Shown: positions 9,494 to 17,010, counted from the first letter of the stretch. The stretch is DNA of 32,000 bases from Halogeometricum borinquense DSM 11551 (GCF_000172995.2 NC_014729.1:270001-302000), one strand, 5' to 3'. Numbers and translations are program-made. Notes: generated from the sequence alone by a model not told the origin.

Positions 9494-11077
9494 ATGGGAT
9501 TTCGATCTGTGGATAGGCGGGCGGACAAGAGTGATCACTCTTCTTCTGTCCCATCTATTCAAGAGCTGACGCAAGACTCTGATCGTAGCCGCGGTGGCGG
9601 TTCTCTCACACCGCAAGGGCGCGAATCTCGGTTCGGTCTCGACATGTATATGGATGGGCTGGAAGTCAAAGTCCAGCGTCTCGTCAGGAGTCATGGCGCA
9701 GACCAAGTCCGGGATTGGGCTGATGAAGGGATGACTGTCGATACCATGGGTAAACCGCGCGACATGCGTGCGTTCCGCGAACGCCAGCAGGGACGCTCTG
9801 CCGAAGTCCCAAAAGACATCGAACGCCGGAACGCTAAATCCGTTCAACGGAGTCGCGGCGCGCATCACGAAGCCTCGAAAGCCGGTGACACAAAAGTACC
9901 TGACTTGGTGCGAGACGTTATCTCCTCTCCGGGGCAGACGCTCGAAACCTCGATTCAGCGCACGATGGAGGAACGGATGGGCGACAACCTAGGTGATGTA
10001 CGCATCCATACCGGTCCGTTGGCCGCCAAAGCCTGCGAGGAAATCAACGCGCGTGCGTTCACCGTCGGAAATCACATCGCGTTCAATCACGGCGAATACG
10101 ACCTAAGTTCGGCGGAAGGCCAGCACGTCCTCGCTCACGAGTTAGCGCATGTGAGACAGCAGACGGGTGGTGCCGTGTCGTTGCTCCCTCAAGAAGGCAA
10201 GCTAGAAATTGACCCAGACAAACGTCTGGAGCGGGAAGCCGAAGAAACCGCTCAACGTGTGATGAAAGGGGGGAAACTCGGCGTCTATCGGATGCACAAC
10301 TCCAAGGTGCACGTTCAGCGATTCCCGAACGACGAGGACGTTCGGGAGACAACTGACGGAGTGGGTGCGCATGGGATCCAGGTTCCAGAGTACGAGAATC
10401 TAGATCTGGAACAGTTGTTCGAGTCGTTCGAGGGGAACAGGAAGAAAGCAGTCGAACAAATCAGACAGAACGACGATCTCTGGACCTCACTGCTCCGTAC
10501 GATCGCAATGGACGTCATCCAGAGTTCGATTGAGGCGAATGGAACCAACGTAATCGAGGACGCACTCGATCGATATCACTGTAACATCGTTCAGCACGGA
10601 CACGACCCCGTTCGATTCATGACTGGTGAAGAGGCCAACGAGTGGCACCTCGAACTCAATCCGAACGACGAACGGCCGCACAAGCCAGACTGTATCGCCT
10701 TGGAGTTCAAACCGGCCAGCGAAGACCGCCTGTACAAAGTGACGAAAGAAGGAAGAAAACTGGGGTCCTTCTTGGCACGCGAAGAAACGATTACATCGGA
10801 AGATGATCGGGAAGCGATTCTTGATGTCCTCGGACTGAAAGAAATGTGGAGTGATTACGATATGGTGTCTCAGTTGTCGATAACCGGCGAAGAAACAGTC
10901 TCAGTTTTGTCTAGCGTCGTCGGTACCATGACGGACGACTCACCGGGAGTAATTGAGCGAGAGGGAGAGCCAATCGAACGTCCTGGTGGGGAAGAACAAT
11001 TGTGGCTCAGTGATTTCTTCCCAATGGAGCAATTCGAGATGGTCGGTCCACTGGACGACTTCCAAGGAGGAAAATAA
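9494..11077 (+). CDS. DUF4157 (zincin HExxH) domain protein with divergent C-terminal domain; putative polymorphic-toxin-like effector
   Basis: The ORF contains PGQTLETSIQRTMEERMGDNLGDVRIHTGPLAAKACEEINARAFTVGNHIAFNHGEYDLSSAEGQHVLAHELAHVRQQ (nt ~9929-10171; HELAH at 10136-10150) followed by LEREAEETAQRV, which is the DUF4157 signature. About 300 further residues have no motif I can name with certainty. The track start at 9467 is a TTG. I prefer the ATG at 9494; an alternative ATG is at 9644 (MYMDGLEVKVQRLV). Confidence 0.85.
   Translation: MGFRSVDRRADKSDHSSSVPSIQELTQDSDRSRGGGSLTPQGRESRFGLDMYMDGLEVKVQRLVRSHGADQVRDWADEGMTVDTMGKPRDMRAFRERQQGRSAEVPKDIERRNAKSVQRSRGAHHEASKAGDTKVPDLVRDVISSPGQTLETSIQRTMEERMGDNLGDVRIHTGPLAAKACEEINARAFTVGNHIAFNHGEYDLSSAEGQHVLAHELAHVRQQTGGAVSLLPQEGKLEIDPDKRLEREAEETAQRVMKGGKLGVYRMHNSKVHVQRFPNDEDVRETTDGVGAHGIQVPEYENLDLEQLFESFEGNRKKAVEQIRQNDDLWTSLLRTIAMDVIQSSIEANGTNVIEDALDRYHCNIVQHGHDPVRFMTGEEANEWHLELNPNDERPHKPDCIALEFKPASEDRLYKVTKEGRKLGSFLAREETITSEDDREAILDVLGLKEMWSDYDMVSQLSITGEETVSVLSSVVGTMTDDSPGVIEREGEPIERPGGEEQLWLSDFFPMEQFEMVGPLDDFQGGK
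11066..11071 (+). promoter_or_regulatory. Shine-Dalgarno-like GGAGGA 5 nt upstream of the immunity-candidate ATG
   Basis: Sequence ccaaGGAGGAaaaTAATGg. The toxin stop TAA (11075-11077) shares one nucleotide with the ATG at 11077-11079. Confidence 0.6.
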
Positions 11078-11415
11078 TGGCAAAAATAGAATACGATGGC
11101 CGGGAACTGACGGTCGGTACCCAAACAGTTGTGCTTCGTCACAAGATTGGCCAGGTCTTGGAAGAAGATGGGATAATCCTCGTGGTCCTCTCTCCGTCAC
11201 AGACGGAGGGCCGTGACCAACGTAATCTGCTGGCGTTTGACGAGCAAGGAAACAAACTGTGGGAGTCTGAGATTCCGGAGCACTCGGAGCGCCACATGTT
11301 TGGAGAGATATATAAAGAGAACGGAGATATCATTGGATGGAGTTGGAACTCCAACGAGTACAAAATCGATTTAGAGACTGGCGCACTCGAAAACATCGGC
11401 TACGGCGGGAAGTAA
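11077..11415 (+). CDS. small cytoplasmic protein, candidate cognate immunity/antitoxin protein
   Basis: 112-aa ORF translationally coupled to the DUF4157 gene by the TAATG overlap and SD. It shares the same low-GC codon usage. No signal peptide or TM segment. Beta-rich sequence with a blade-like NLLAFDEQGNKLWE motif. Confidence 0.7.
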   Translation: MAKIEYDGRELTVGTQTVVLRHKIGQVLEEDGIILVVLSPSQTEGRDQRNLLAFDEQGNKLWESEIPEHSERHMFGEIYKENGDIIGWSWNSNEYKIDLETGALENIGYGGK

Positions 11416-11456
11416 TGACATTTGTAAAATCGAATTGAACTGCTTCCTGAAAGTGG

Positions 11457-11532
11457 GCGTTACCCCGTCCGAAGAGATCGACCAGCACTCGATATATGTC
11501 AACAAAACAATTCCATCAGATGGGGGTAACGC
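11457..11532. repeat. 10-bp perfect inverted repeat gcgttacccc ... ggggtaacgc separated by 56 nt
   Basis: Arms at 11457-11466 and 11523-11532, read directly. Located 42 nt downstream of the immunity-candidate stop, in AT-rich non-coding DNA. Confidence 0.5.
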
Positions 11533-11979
11533 TTGGCGGTACGGTGAGCCGACAAAATAGGCTGAAGGAAGCTTAATAAATGTGGCAGATTAGTTATGAG
11601 GAAGAAGAACAAAAATATCCATATTGGCTATTAAATGTCTAAGGCTCCTTTTATCGCTGCTGACTCTCACACCAAAAAACCGTGACACAGTTATCACAAT
11701 TTCGAAATACTCATACCTGAGTAAATCTGAGTGTGGGGTATGAACTGGAAACACCGCCGCGACCGAACGAAGGCAGAGTCGAAGAAAGAGGAGACGAAGA
11801 CCGGCACGAAGTGGTCGTTCATCGCCGCCGCAGTCGGCGCTGCGTAATTCGATTTTCCCTCTGTTCCACCGTCCGCCGAGCGATTGCGCTCGACCGCGTG
11901 AAGAAACGCCTTTTAGTTCGTAGGTCTGGGTGTCGCGTATGACTCTCGCTCTCGCGTTCCGCCGTCGGAGGTCTCTCGC

Positions 11980-14340
11980 GTGAAGGTCGAATCGGTCGTC
12001 CCCGAGTTCGCTGACGCCTTCGGTTTCGACGAGTTCAACCGGATGCAACGGGAGGCGGCCCCCGCCATCTTAGAGCGCGACGAGAACGTCGTCGCGGCCG
12101 CGCCGACCGCGAGCGGGAAGACGGCGCTCGCCGAGTTAGCGATCTGTCGCGCGCTCCGAAACGACGGCACCGCCCTCTTCATCGCCCCACTCCGCGCCCT
12201 TACGAACGAGAAGGAGTCCGAGTGGGAGCGCTTCGAGGAACTCGGCTACTCCGTCTACGTCGTCACCGGCGAACGCGATCTGAATCCCCGGCGCGCCGAA
12301 CGCGCCGACATCCTCGTGATGACGCCGGAGAAGACGGACTCGGCGACGCGAAAACACGAATCCGCCCGCTACTCGTTCATTACCGATGTCGACTGCTGTG
12401 TCATCGACGAAGTCCACCTCCTCGATTCGGACACCCGTGGCGGCGTCCTCGAAGTCACCGTCTCGCGCCTGCGCCGTATCTGCGACCCGCGCGTCGTCGC
12501 CCTCTCGGCGACGATGCCGAACGTCGAGGATGTCGCAAACTGGTTGGACGCGCCGCCGGAGACGACGTTCGAGTTCGGTGACGACTATCGCCCCGTGGAC
12601 CTCCACGCGGGCGTCAAGACGTACTCGCACGGCGAGAACTCCTTTGCGGACAAGTACCGACGGCTCTACCGCGCTATCGACCTCTCCGAACAGCACATCC
12701 GCGACGGCGGTCAGGCCCTCGTTTTCGTCTCCTCGCGGCAGGACACTGTCCGCGCTGCCGGGAAAGCCCGCGACGAACTCGGCAAGCGCGACATCCCTAT
12801 CGGCGCGCGCGGTGACTACGACTTCCACAACGAGGCCAAGGAGTTGAGCAACGATTCGCTTCGCAAAGCCGTCCCCGACGGCGTCGGCTTCCACCACGCC
12901 GGGTTGGCGAAAGACGACCGCGATAAAGTCGAAGCGTGGTTCAAAGAAGGGAAGATTCAGCTACTCTTTTCGACCTCGACGCTGGCGTGGGGGGTCAACC
13001 TCCCGGCGCGGTGCGTCGTCATCCGCGATACGAAGTACCACGATCCACTCGAAGGCGAGGTGGACATCTCGCCGCTGGACATCCTCCAGATGCTCGGCCG
13101 CGCGGGACGCCCTGGATACGACGACGTGGGGTACGGTTGGGTCGTCTGCGACCGCTCGGACGCCGATAAATACCGCCGACTGCTCCGCGAGGGCAAGGAG
13201 ATCGAGTCGCGCCTCGCGGAGGACCTCGACTCGCATCTCAACGCCGAGATTGCGATGGGAACTATCGGCGACCTAGAGGACGTGATGTCGTGGTTGCAGA
13301 CGACGTTCTACTACCAGCGCGCGCGTTCGAAGCCGAACGAGTACGATTTCGACGGCTTGCGAGAACGCGTACGCGAGACGCTCGAATCGCTCGTCGCACG
13401 CGGATTCGTTGAAATGGAGTCTGACCTCTCTATCGAGGCGACGCGACTCGGCCGTCTCGCCTCGAAGTACTATCTCCGCCTCGATACCGCCCGTCGATTT
13501 GCCTCGCTTTGTGACCGCGACACCATCACCGACGAGTCGATTCTGGAGACCGTGGCTGGGGCCGCAGAGTTCCACGACGTGTCGGCGCGGCAGTCCGAGA
13601 TGGACGCCGTCGATTCGGTTCTCACGGGCGTGGACACGACGCTCGAAGACGGCCCGCGGAAGGTACTCGCCATCCTGTACGCGGGGATGTCGAACAGCAC
13701 CCCCTCTGACCTCCGGTCGGATGCGTGGGTCATCCGACAGAACGGGCTACGACTGCTTTCAGCACTCAGAGAGTTCGTTGATGCCTTTGCCGGCCCTCGC
13801 GCCGCCAATCTCGCCCGCCGTGTCGAGGCCCGCGTCGAACACGGTGTCTCGCGCGATGCCGTTGCTCTCACTGCCGTAGACGGTATCGGACCGAACCGTG
13901 CGAGCAAACTCGCCACGGGTGGCCTTCGCTCCCCGCGAGATGTGGTTGAAGCCGGAACCGCCGAACTCACACAGGCTGGACTTTCGGATGGCGTGGCAAA
14001 GCAGGTAGTGCAGAACGCGCGCAACTTCCCCGATATCGACATCGCGTGGGGTGACTTCCCAGACTGCATCGGAACGGGTGAAAACCAGATGTGCGAGGTT
14101 CGCGTCCGCAACCGCGCGGGCGGTGCGACGGTCGGCATCCGCGTCACTGCTGTCGCCGGCGAGACGGGTGCTGACGAGGCGGAAATGACGACGAAACGGA
14201 CGTATCTCTCGGACGAGACTGCCGTCCACGTCGGGGTCTTCGGCGCACCCGCAGACGAGGTGACGTACCGCGTGGAAGTGACGTTCCCCGACGACCCGCT
14301 TCACCCGATTACAGAGACACGAACGGTTCGGGTGTCGTAG
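11980..14340 (+). CDS. Ski2/Brr2-like DEVH-box helicase with C-terminal Sec63-type module (Hel308 superfamily)
   Basis: 786 aa. Motif I AAPTASGKT, motif II DEVH, LSATMPN, HHAGL, TSTLAWGVNLPA, QMLGRAGRPG. This is followed by a winged-helix/ratchet/HhH-like region and a ~110-aa beta-rich tail. The start is a GTG at 11980; the next in-frame Met is 21 codons downstream. Confidence 0.88.
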   Translation: MKVESVVPEFADAFGFDEFNRMQREAAPAILERDENVVAAAPTASGKTALAELAICRALRNDGTALFIAPLRALTNEKESEWERFEELGYSVYVVTGERDLNPRRAERADILVMTPEKTDSATRKHESARYSFITDVDCCVIDEVHLLDSDTRGGVLEVTVSRLRRICDPRVVALSATMPNVEDVANWLDAPPETTFEFGDDYRPVDLHAGVKTYSHGENSFADKYRRLYRAIDLSEQHIRDGGQALVFVSSRQDTVRAAGKARDELGKRDIPIGARGDYDFHNEAKELSNDSLRKAVPDGVGFHHAGLAKDDRDKVEAWFKEGKIQLLFSTSTLAWGVNLPARCVVIRDTKYHDPLEGEVDISPLDILQMLGRAGRPGYDDVGYGWVVCDRSDADKYRRLLREGKEIESRLAEDLDSHLNAEIAMGTIGDLEDVMSWLQTTFYYQRARSKPNEYDFDGLRERVRETLESLVARGFVEMESDLSIEATRLGRLASKYYLRLDTARRFASLCDRDTITDESILETVAGAAEFHDVSARQSEMDAVDSVLTGVDTTLEDGPRKVLAILYAGMSNSTPSDLRSDAWVIRQNGLRLLSALREFVDAFAGPRAANLARRVEARVEHGVSRDAVALTAVDGIGPNRASKLATGGLRSPRDVVEAGTAELTQAGLSDGVAKQVVQNARNFPDIDIAWGDFPDCIGTGENQMCEVRVRNRAGGATVGIRVTAVAGETGADEAEMTTKRTYLSDETAVHVGVFGAPADEVTYRVEVTFPDDPLHPITETRTVRVS

Positions 14341-14359
14341 ACGCTCTCCTGACGTCGTA

Positions 14360-14404
14360 TTCACACTCATACAGCTCACACCCGTACAGTTCACACTCAC
14401 ACAG
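14360..14404. repeat. three tandem imperfect 15-nt repeats (ttcacactcatacag / ctcacacccgtacag / ttcacactcacacag)
   Basis: Read directly. Degenerate continuation (..actcag ttcactcg..) to about 14434. Lies in the 131-nt convergent spacer between the helicase and the HAD gene. Confidence 0.8.
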
Positions 14405-14471
14405 TGTTCCCGGGTACTCAGTTCACTCGACGCGAAACGAAGGGGTCCGTCCCGCGATCATCGCCGCTAAT

Positions 14472-15122
14472 TCAGTCAAATAATACCTCACGCAGTTCCG
14501 CCGGTCCATCGACCACCACTGCCGCTCGTGAGAGGTCCAACTCGGCGTTGTGCGTCGAACGGTAGGCGACTGTGAACGCGCCGGCCCGTACGGCCGCCTC
14601 GACGCCGTGGACGGAGTCTTCGACGACGACGCACGACTGGGGGTCGAGACCGACCGCTTCAGCCGCGTGTTCGTAGATGTGCGGTTCTGGCTTGCCCGGT
14701 TTGTCGATGTCGTCCGCGCTCAAAACAAGGTCGAGCGGGTCGAGACCGAACCGGTCGCGGACGATTCCGATCCAGTCCTGCGGTGCGGAGGAGACGATTC
14801 CTAACTGCCGCCCGTCGTCGCGGATGTCGTCGAACAGTGCGTTCGCGCCGTCCATCAGACGCACCTGTTCGCCGTACAGCGACTGTGCGCGGTCGTCGTA
14901 GGCTGCTACGAATTCCGCTTTCGTTACCGTGGTGCCGTACGTCTCGGAGAGGTAGTCGTAGATCTCCCGGTAGTTCATCCCCGTCACCTCCTCGTGTGAC
15001 GGGTCTCCGGATTCGATAGCCGCAGCGAACACCCAGTCGTCCTCGAACTGGTGCCAGTACGTCTCTGAATCGACCAGCACGCCGTCCATGTCGAACAACA
15101 CCGCTTCGTCGGGGACGTTCAT
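14472..15122 (-). CDS. HAD-IA family hydrolase (beta-phosphoglucomutase-like phosphatase)
   Basis: LFDMDGVLVDSE motif I and a C-terminal VVEDSVHGVEAAVRAGA motif. The track start at 15146 is a GTG; the ATG at 15122 (MNVPDEAVLFDMDG) is preferred. Confidence 0.8.
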   Translation of the reverse strand: MNVPDEAVLFDMDGVLVDSETYWHQFEDDWVFAAAIESGDPSHEEVTGMNYREIYDYLSETYGTTVTKAEFVAAYDDRAQSLYGEQVRLMDGANALFDDIRDDGRQLGIVSSAPQDWIGIVRDRFGLDPLDLVLSADDIDKPGKPEPHIYEHAAEAVGLDPQSCVVVEDSVHGVEAAVRAGAFTVAYRSTHNAELDLSRAAVVVDGPAELREVLFD

Positions 15123-15197
15123 GCCACCCCAAACGAGCGCTATCACTCAAAGTTCTTCGTGGCAGAGTTTATCACCCGGAACGCGGCCAACGCCCCC

Positions 15198-15935
15198 ATG
15201 TCAGAGACGATTCGTGTATTCGCAGGCGACTGTACGACGACGTTCGAGGGATCCCGTTCCCGCACCCAACGCGGCCGCGTGGTGGTCGTCGTGAAACCAG
15301 ATCGAACCGTTCTCGTCCACGACGCCGACGGCTATCAGCCCGTGTCGTGGTTGACCCGTCCCGACTCGTTGACGGTCGAAACCGACCGCTCCGGGTTCGG
15401 ACTCGTCGCGCGCGCCGACGAGCAGGTGCTTCGGATTCGGAGCCACGAGACCAGCGGCTGGGCGGAGTATCCGGCCAGCGAGGCGGGCGTTCCCGTTGGA
15501 TCGCACCCGCAGACGGGTGAACCGCTCGTCCGCGTCGGCGGGGCCGTCGTCGGACTCGATACCGAGACGCGATACGGTCTCCCGGCGGGAGCGACGGTGG
15601 TAGACGAGACGTGCGACGACTGCGGACTCCCGAAAATCAGCGCCGAATGCGGAGCCGTCTTCGAACTCTGCGTAGACCGCGCCTGCGAGTCACTGGACGA
15701 TGCCGTCCGCGACAGATTCGACGACGAGTGGACGTGTCCGGACTGCGGATCGCCTCTCAGTATCATTCGTCGCGGCGGCCGACTCCTCGCCGGGTGTTCG
15801 GCGTATCCGGACTGTGAGACGGCCTTTTCTATCCCTGCGGGCGTCGTCGTCGATGATTGTGACTGCGGATTGCCGGTGTTCGAGACGGCGCGCGGGCGGC
15901 GGTGTCTCGACGGGACGTGCGCGCAGTTCGAGTGA
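15198..15935 (+). CDS. NucS/EndoMS N-terminal-domain protein fused to C4 zinc-ribbon (topoisomerase-type) repeats
   Basis: IRVFAGDCTTTFEGSRSRTQRGRVVVVVKPDRTVLVHDADGYQPVSWLTRPDS parallels the NucS N-domain (compare FARCEVHYEGRA...RIIIIKPDGSFLIHQ...PVNWQPPGS, recalled from Pyrococcus NucS). The C-terminal half has CDDCG...C...C, CPDCG...C..C and CDCG...C...C clusters. No RecB-type ELK nuclease motif is seen. The ATG at 15198 is preferred over the GTG at 15159. Confidence 0.7.
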   Translation: MSETIRVFAGDCTTTFEGSRSRTQRGRVVVVVKPDRTVLVHDADGYQPVSWLTRPDSLTVETDRSGFGLVARADEQVLRIRSHETSGWAEYPASEAGVPVGSHPQTGEPLVRVGGAVVGLDTETRYGLPAGATVVDETCDDCGLPKISAECGAVFELCVDRACESLDDAVRDRFDDEWTCPDCGSPLSIIRRGGRLLAGCSAYPDCETAFSIPAGVVVDDCDCGLPVFETARGRRCLDGTCAQFE

Positions 15936-15987
15936 GAGACACCGCGGCATCGCAGGTCCTATGTCCTCGCCGGGCGCGTTCTCGAAC

Positions 15988-17010
15988 ATGGACGCCACAC
16001 TGCACGACGACGTCGTTCGGGTCGGGGACGACGCGCGTCAACGGTTCTACGATTCGAGAGGCTACGGTCGGCCACTCGACGGGAACCGACTCGAACTCGC
16101 GCCGGTCGAGGCGGCGCACTTGCTCTCTCGGGGAGACCTCGACGACATCGACGGTATGGAATTCCGCGAGTTCCTCGCGGAGACCGGCGCGGCGTTGGCC
16201 TTCGTCGTCTACAAAGACCTTCGGGACCGGGGATTCTACCTCTCTCCCGCGCGCGAGGAGTGGCCGGGTGTTTCCGACGCCGACGGCATCGATTTCGTCG
16301 TCTACCCGCGCGGAAAGGGACCGACGGACGGCGACGTGGAGTACCGAATCCGCGTCATCGGCGAACGCGAACGCGTGGCCGCTGCGTCGCTCGGGGACGT
16401 CGTTCTCGCCGTCGTGGACGAGGACGGTGATCTGACGTACTTTGACACCGACGATGACCCGGACGTGGGTGGGACGGACGATTACATACCGCCAGAGGGA
16501 CTCGATGCGGACCTTCTCTCGGACCGCGTCGTCTGCTACGAATCGCCCGACGAAGTGTATGAAAACGGCTTCTACGGCCAACGGCTGTTCGGGCGCAACG
16601 CCGAGGAGGGGCCGCTGCAACTGTCGCTCATCGAGGGCGCATATCTCGCTCGCCGGGGTGTTATCGACGTTGACGACGAGGAGGTCGTCGCGTTGGCCCG
16701 CGACGTGGAGGGCGACCGGTTCGACCGCCGCCTGAAGACGTACGCGGCCCTCAGAGACGCTGGCTCCGTCCCCAAGAGCGGGTTCAAGTTTGGTGCTGAC
16801 TTCCGCGTCTACACCGATTTCGAGACGGTGTCGTCGCTGAGTCACTCCGCCGACCTCGTTCGCGTCGTCACACCGGACCACGCGTTCTTCCCCCGTGACC
16901 TTTCGTTGGACGTTCGACTCGCTGGCGGGGTCCGGAAACGAATGGTTTTTGCGCTCACAGACGCCAACGATGGCATAGACTGGCTTTCGGTAGCCCGACT
17001 CACCCCATGA
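15988..17010 (+). CDS. endA: tRNA-splicing endonuclease (tRNA-intron lyase), duplicated-domain haloarchaeal type
   Basis: MDATLHDDVVRVGDDARQRFYDSRGYGRPL... plus a C-terminal SGFKFGADFRVY...SHSADLV catalytic-domain pattern. The upstream part of the track ORF (15700-15987) overlaps the previous gene in another frame. Alternative ATG at 15961. Confidence 0.88.
   Translation: MDATLHDDVVRVGDDARQRFYDSRGYGRPLDGNRLELAPVEAAHLLSRGDLDDIDGMEFREFLAETGAALAFVVYKDLRDRGFYLSPAREEWPGVSDADGIDFVVYPRGKGPTDGDVEYRIRVIGERERVAAASLGDVVLAVVDEDGDLTYFDTDDDPDVGGTDDYIPPEGLDADLLSDRVVCYESPDEVYENGFYGQRLFGRNAEEGPLQLSLIEGAYLARRGVIDVDDEEVVALARDVEGDRFDRRLKTYAALRDAGSVPKSGFKFGADFRVYTDFETVSSLSHSADLVRVVTPDHAFFPRDLSLDVRLAGGVRKRMVFALTDANDGIDWLSVARLTP

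Larger units (their letters stand above)
9184..11900. other. low-GC islet (probable horizontally acquired insertion) carrying the toxin-like/immunity-like gene pair
   Basis: Hand counts on 60-nt lines give 47% GC (9181-9240), 48% (9241-9300), 50% (10381-10440), 50% (11521-11580) and 32% (11581-11640), against 67% at 12001-12060. The strong G/C third-position bias of all flanking genes is lost. Confidence 0.7.

Noticed and set aside
9425-9868. 147-aa minus-strand ORF in the islet
   Set aside because: It overlaps the 5' part of the DUF4157 gene in antisense. It has no motifs, and its start would lie inside the toxin gene. The plus-strand reading is strongly supported from about 9640 onward.
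11590-12048. 152-aa minus-strand ORF and 69-aa plus-strand ORF (11733-11942)
   Set aside because: They span the AT-rich spacer and the helicase 5' end. Their compositions are Arg-rich or implausible and their start codons are non-ATG, so they are probably not genes.
15700-15987. Upstream extension of the endA ORF (track start 15700)
   Set aside because: It overlaps the 3' half of the NucS-N/zinc-ribbon gene in another frame with an Arg/Ser-rich translation. The endA homology starts at MDATLHDD.
15829-16881. 350-aa minus-strand ORF
   Set aside because: Antisense shadow of endA. The translation is Arg/Val-rich.
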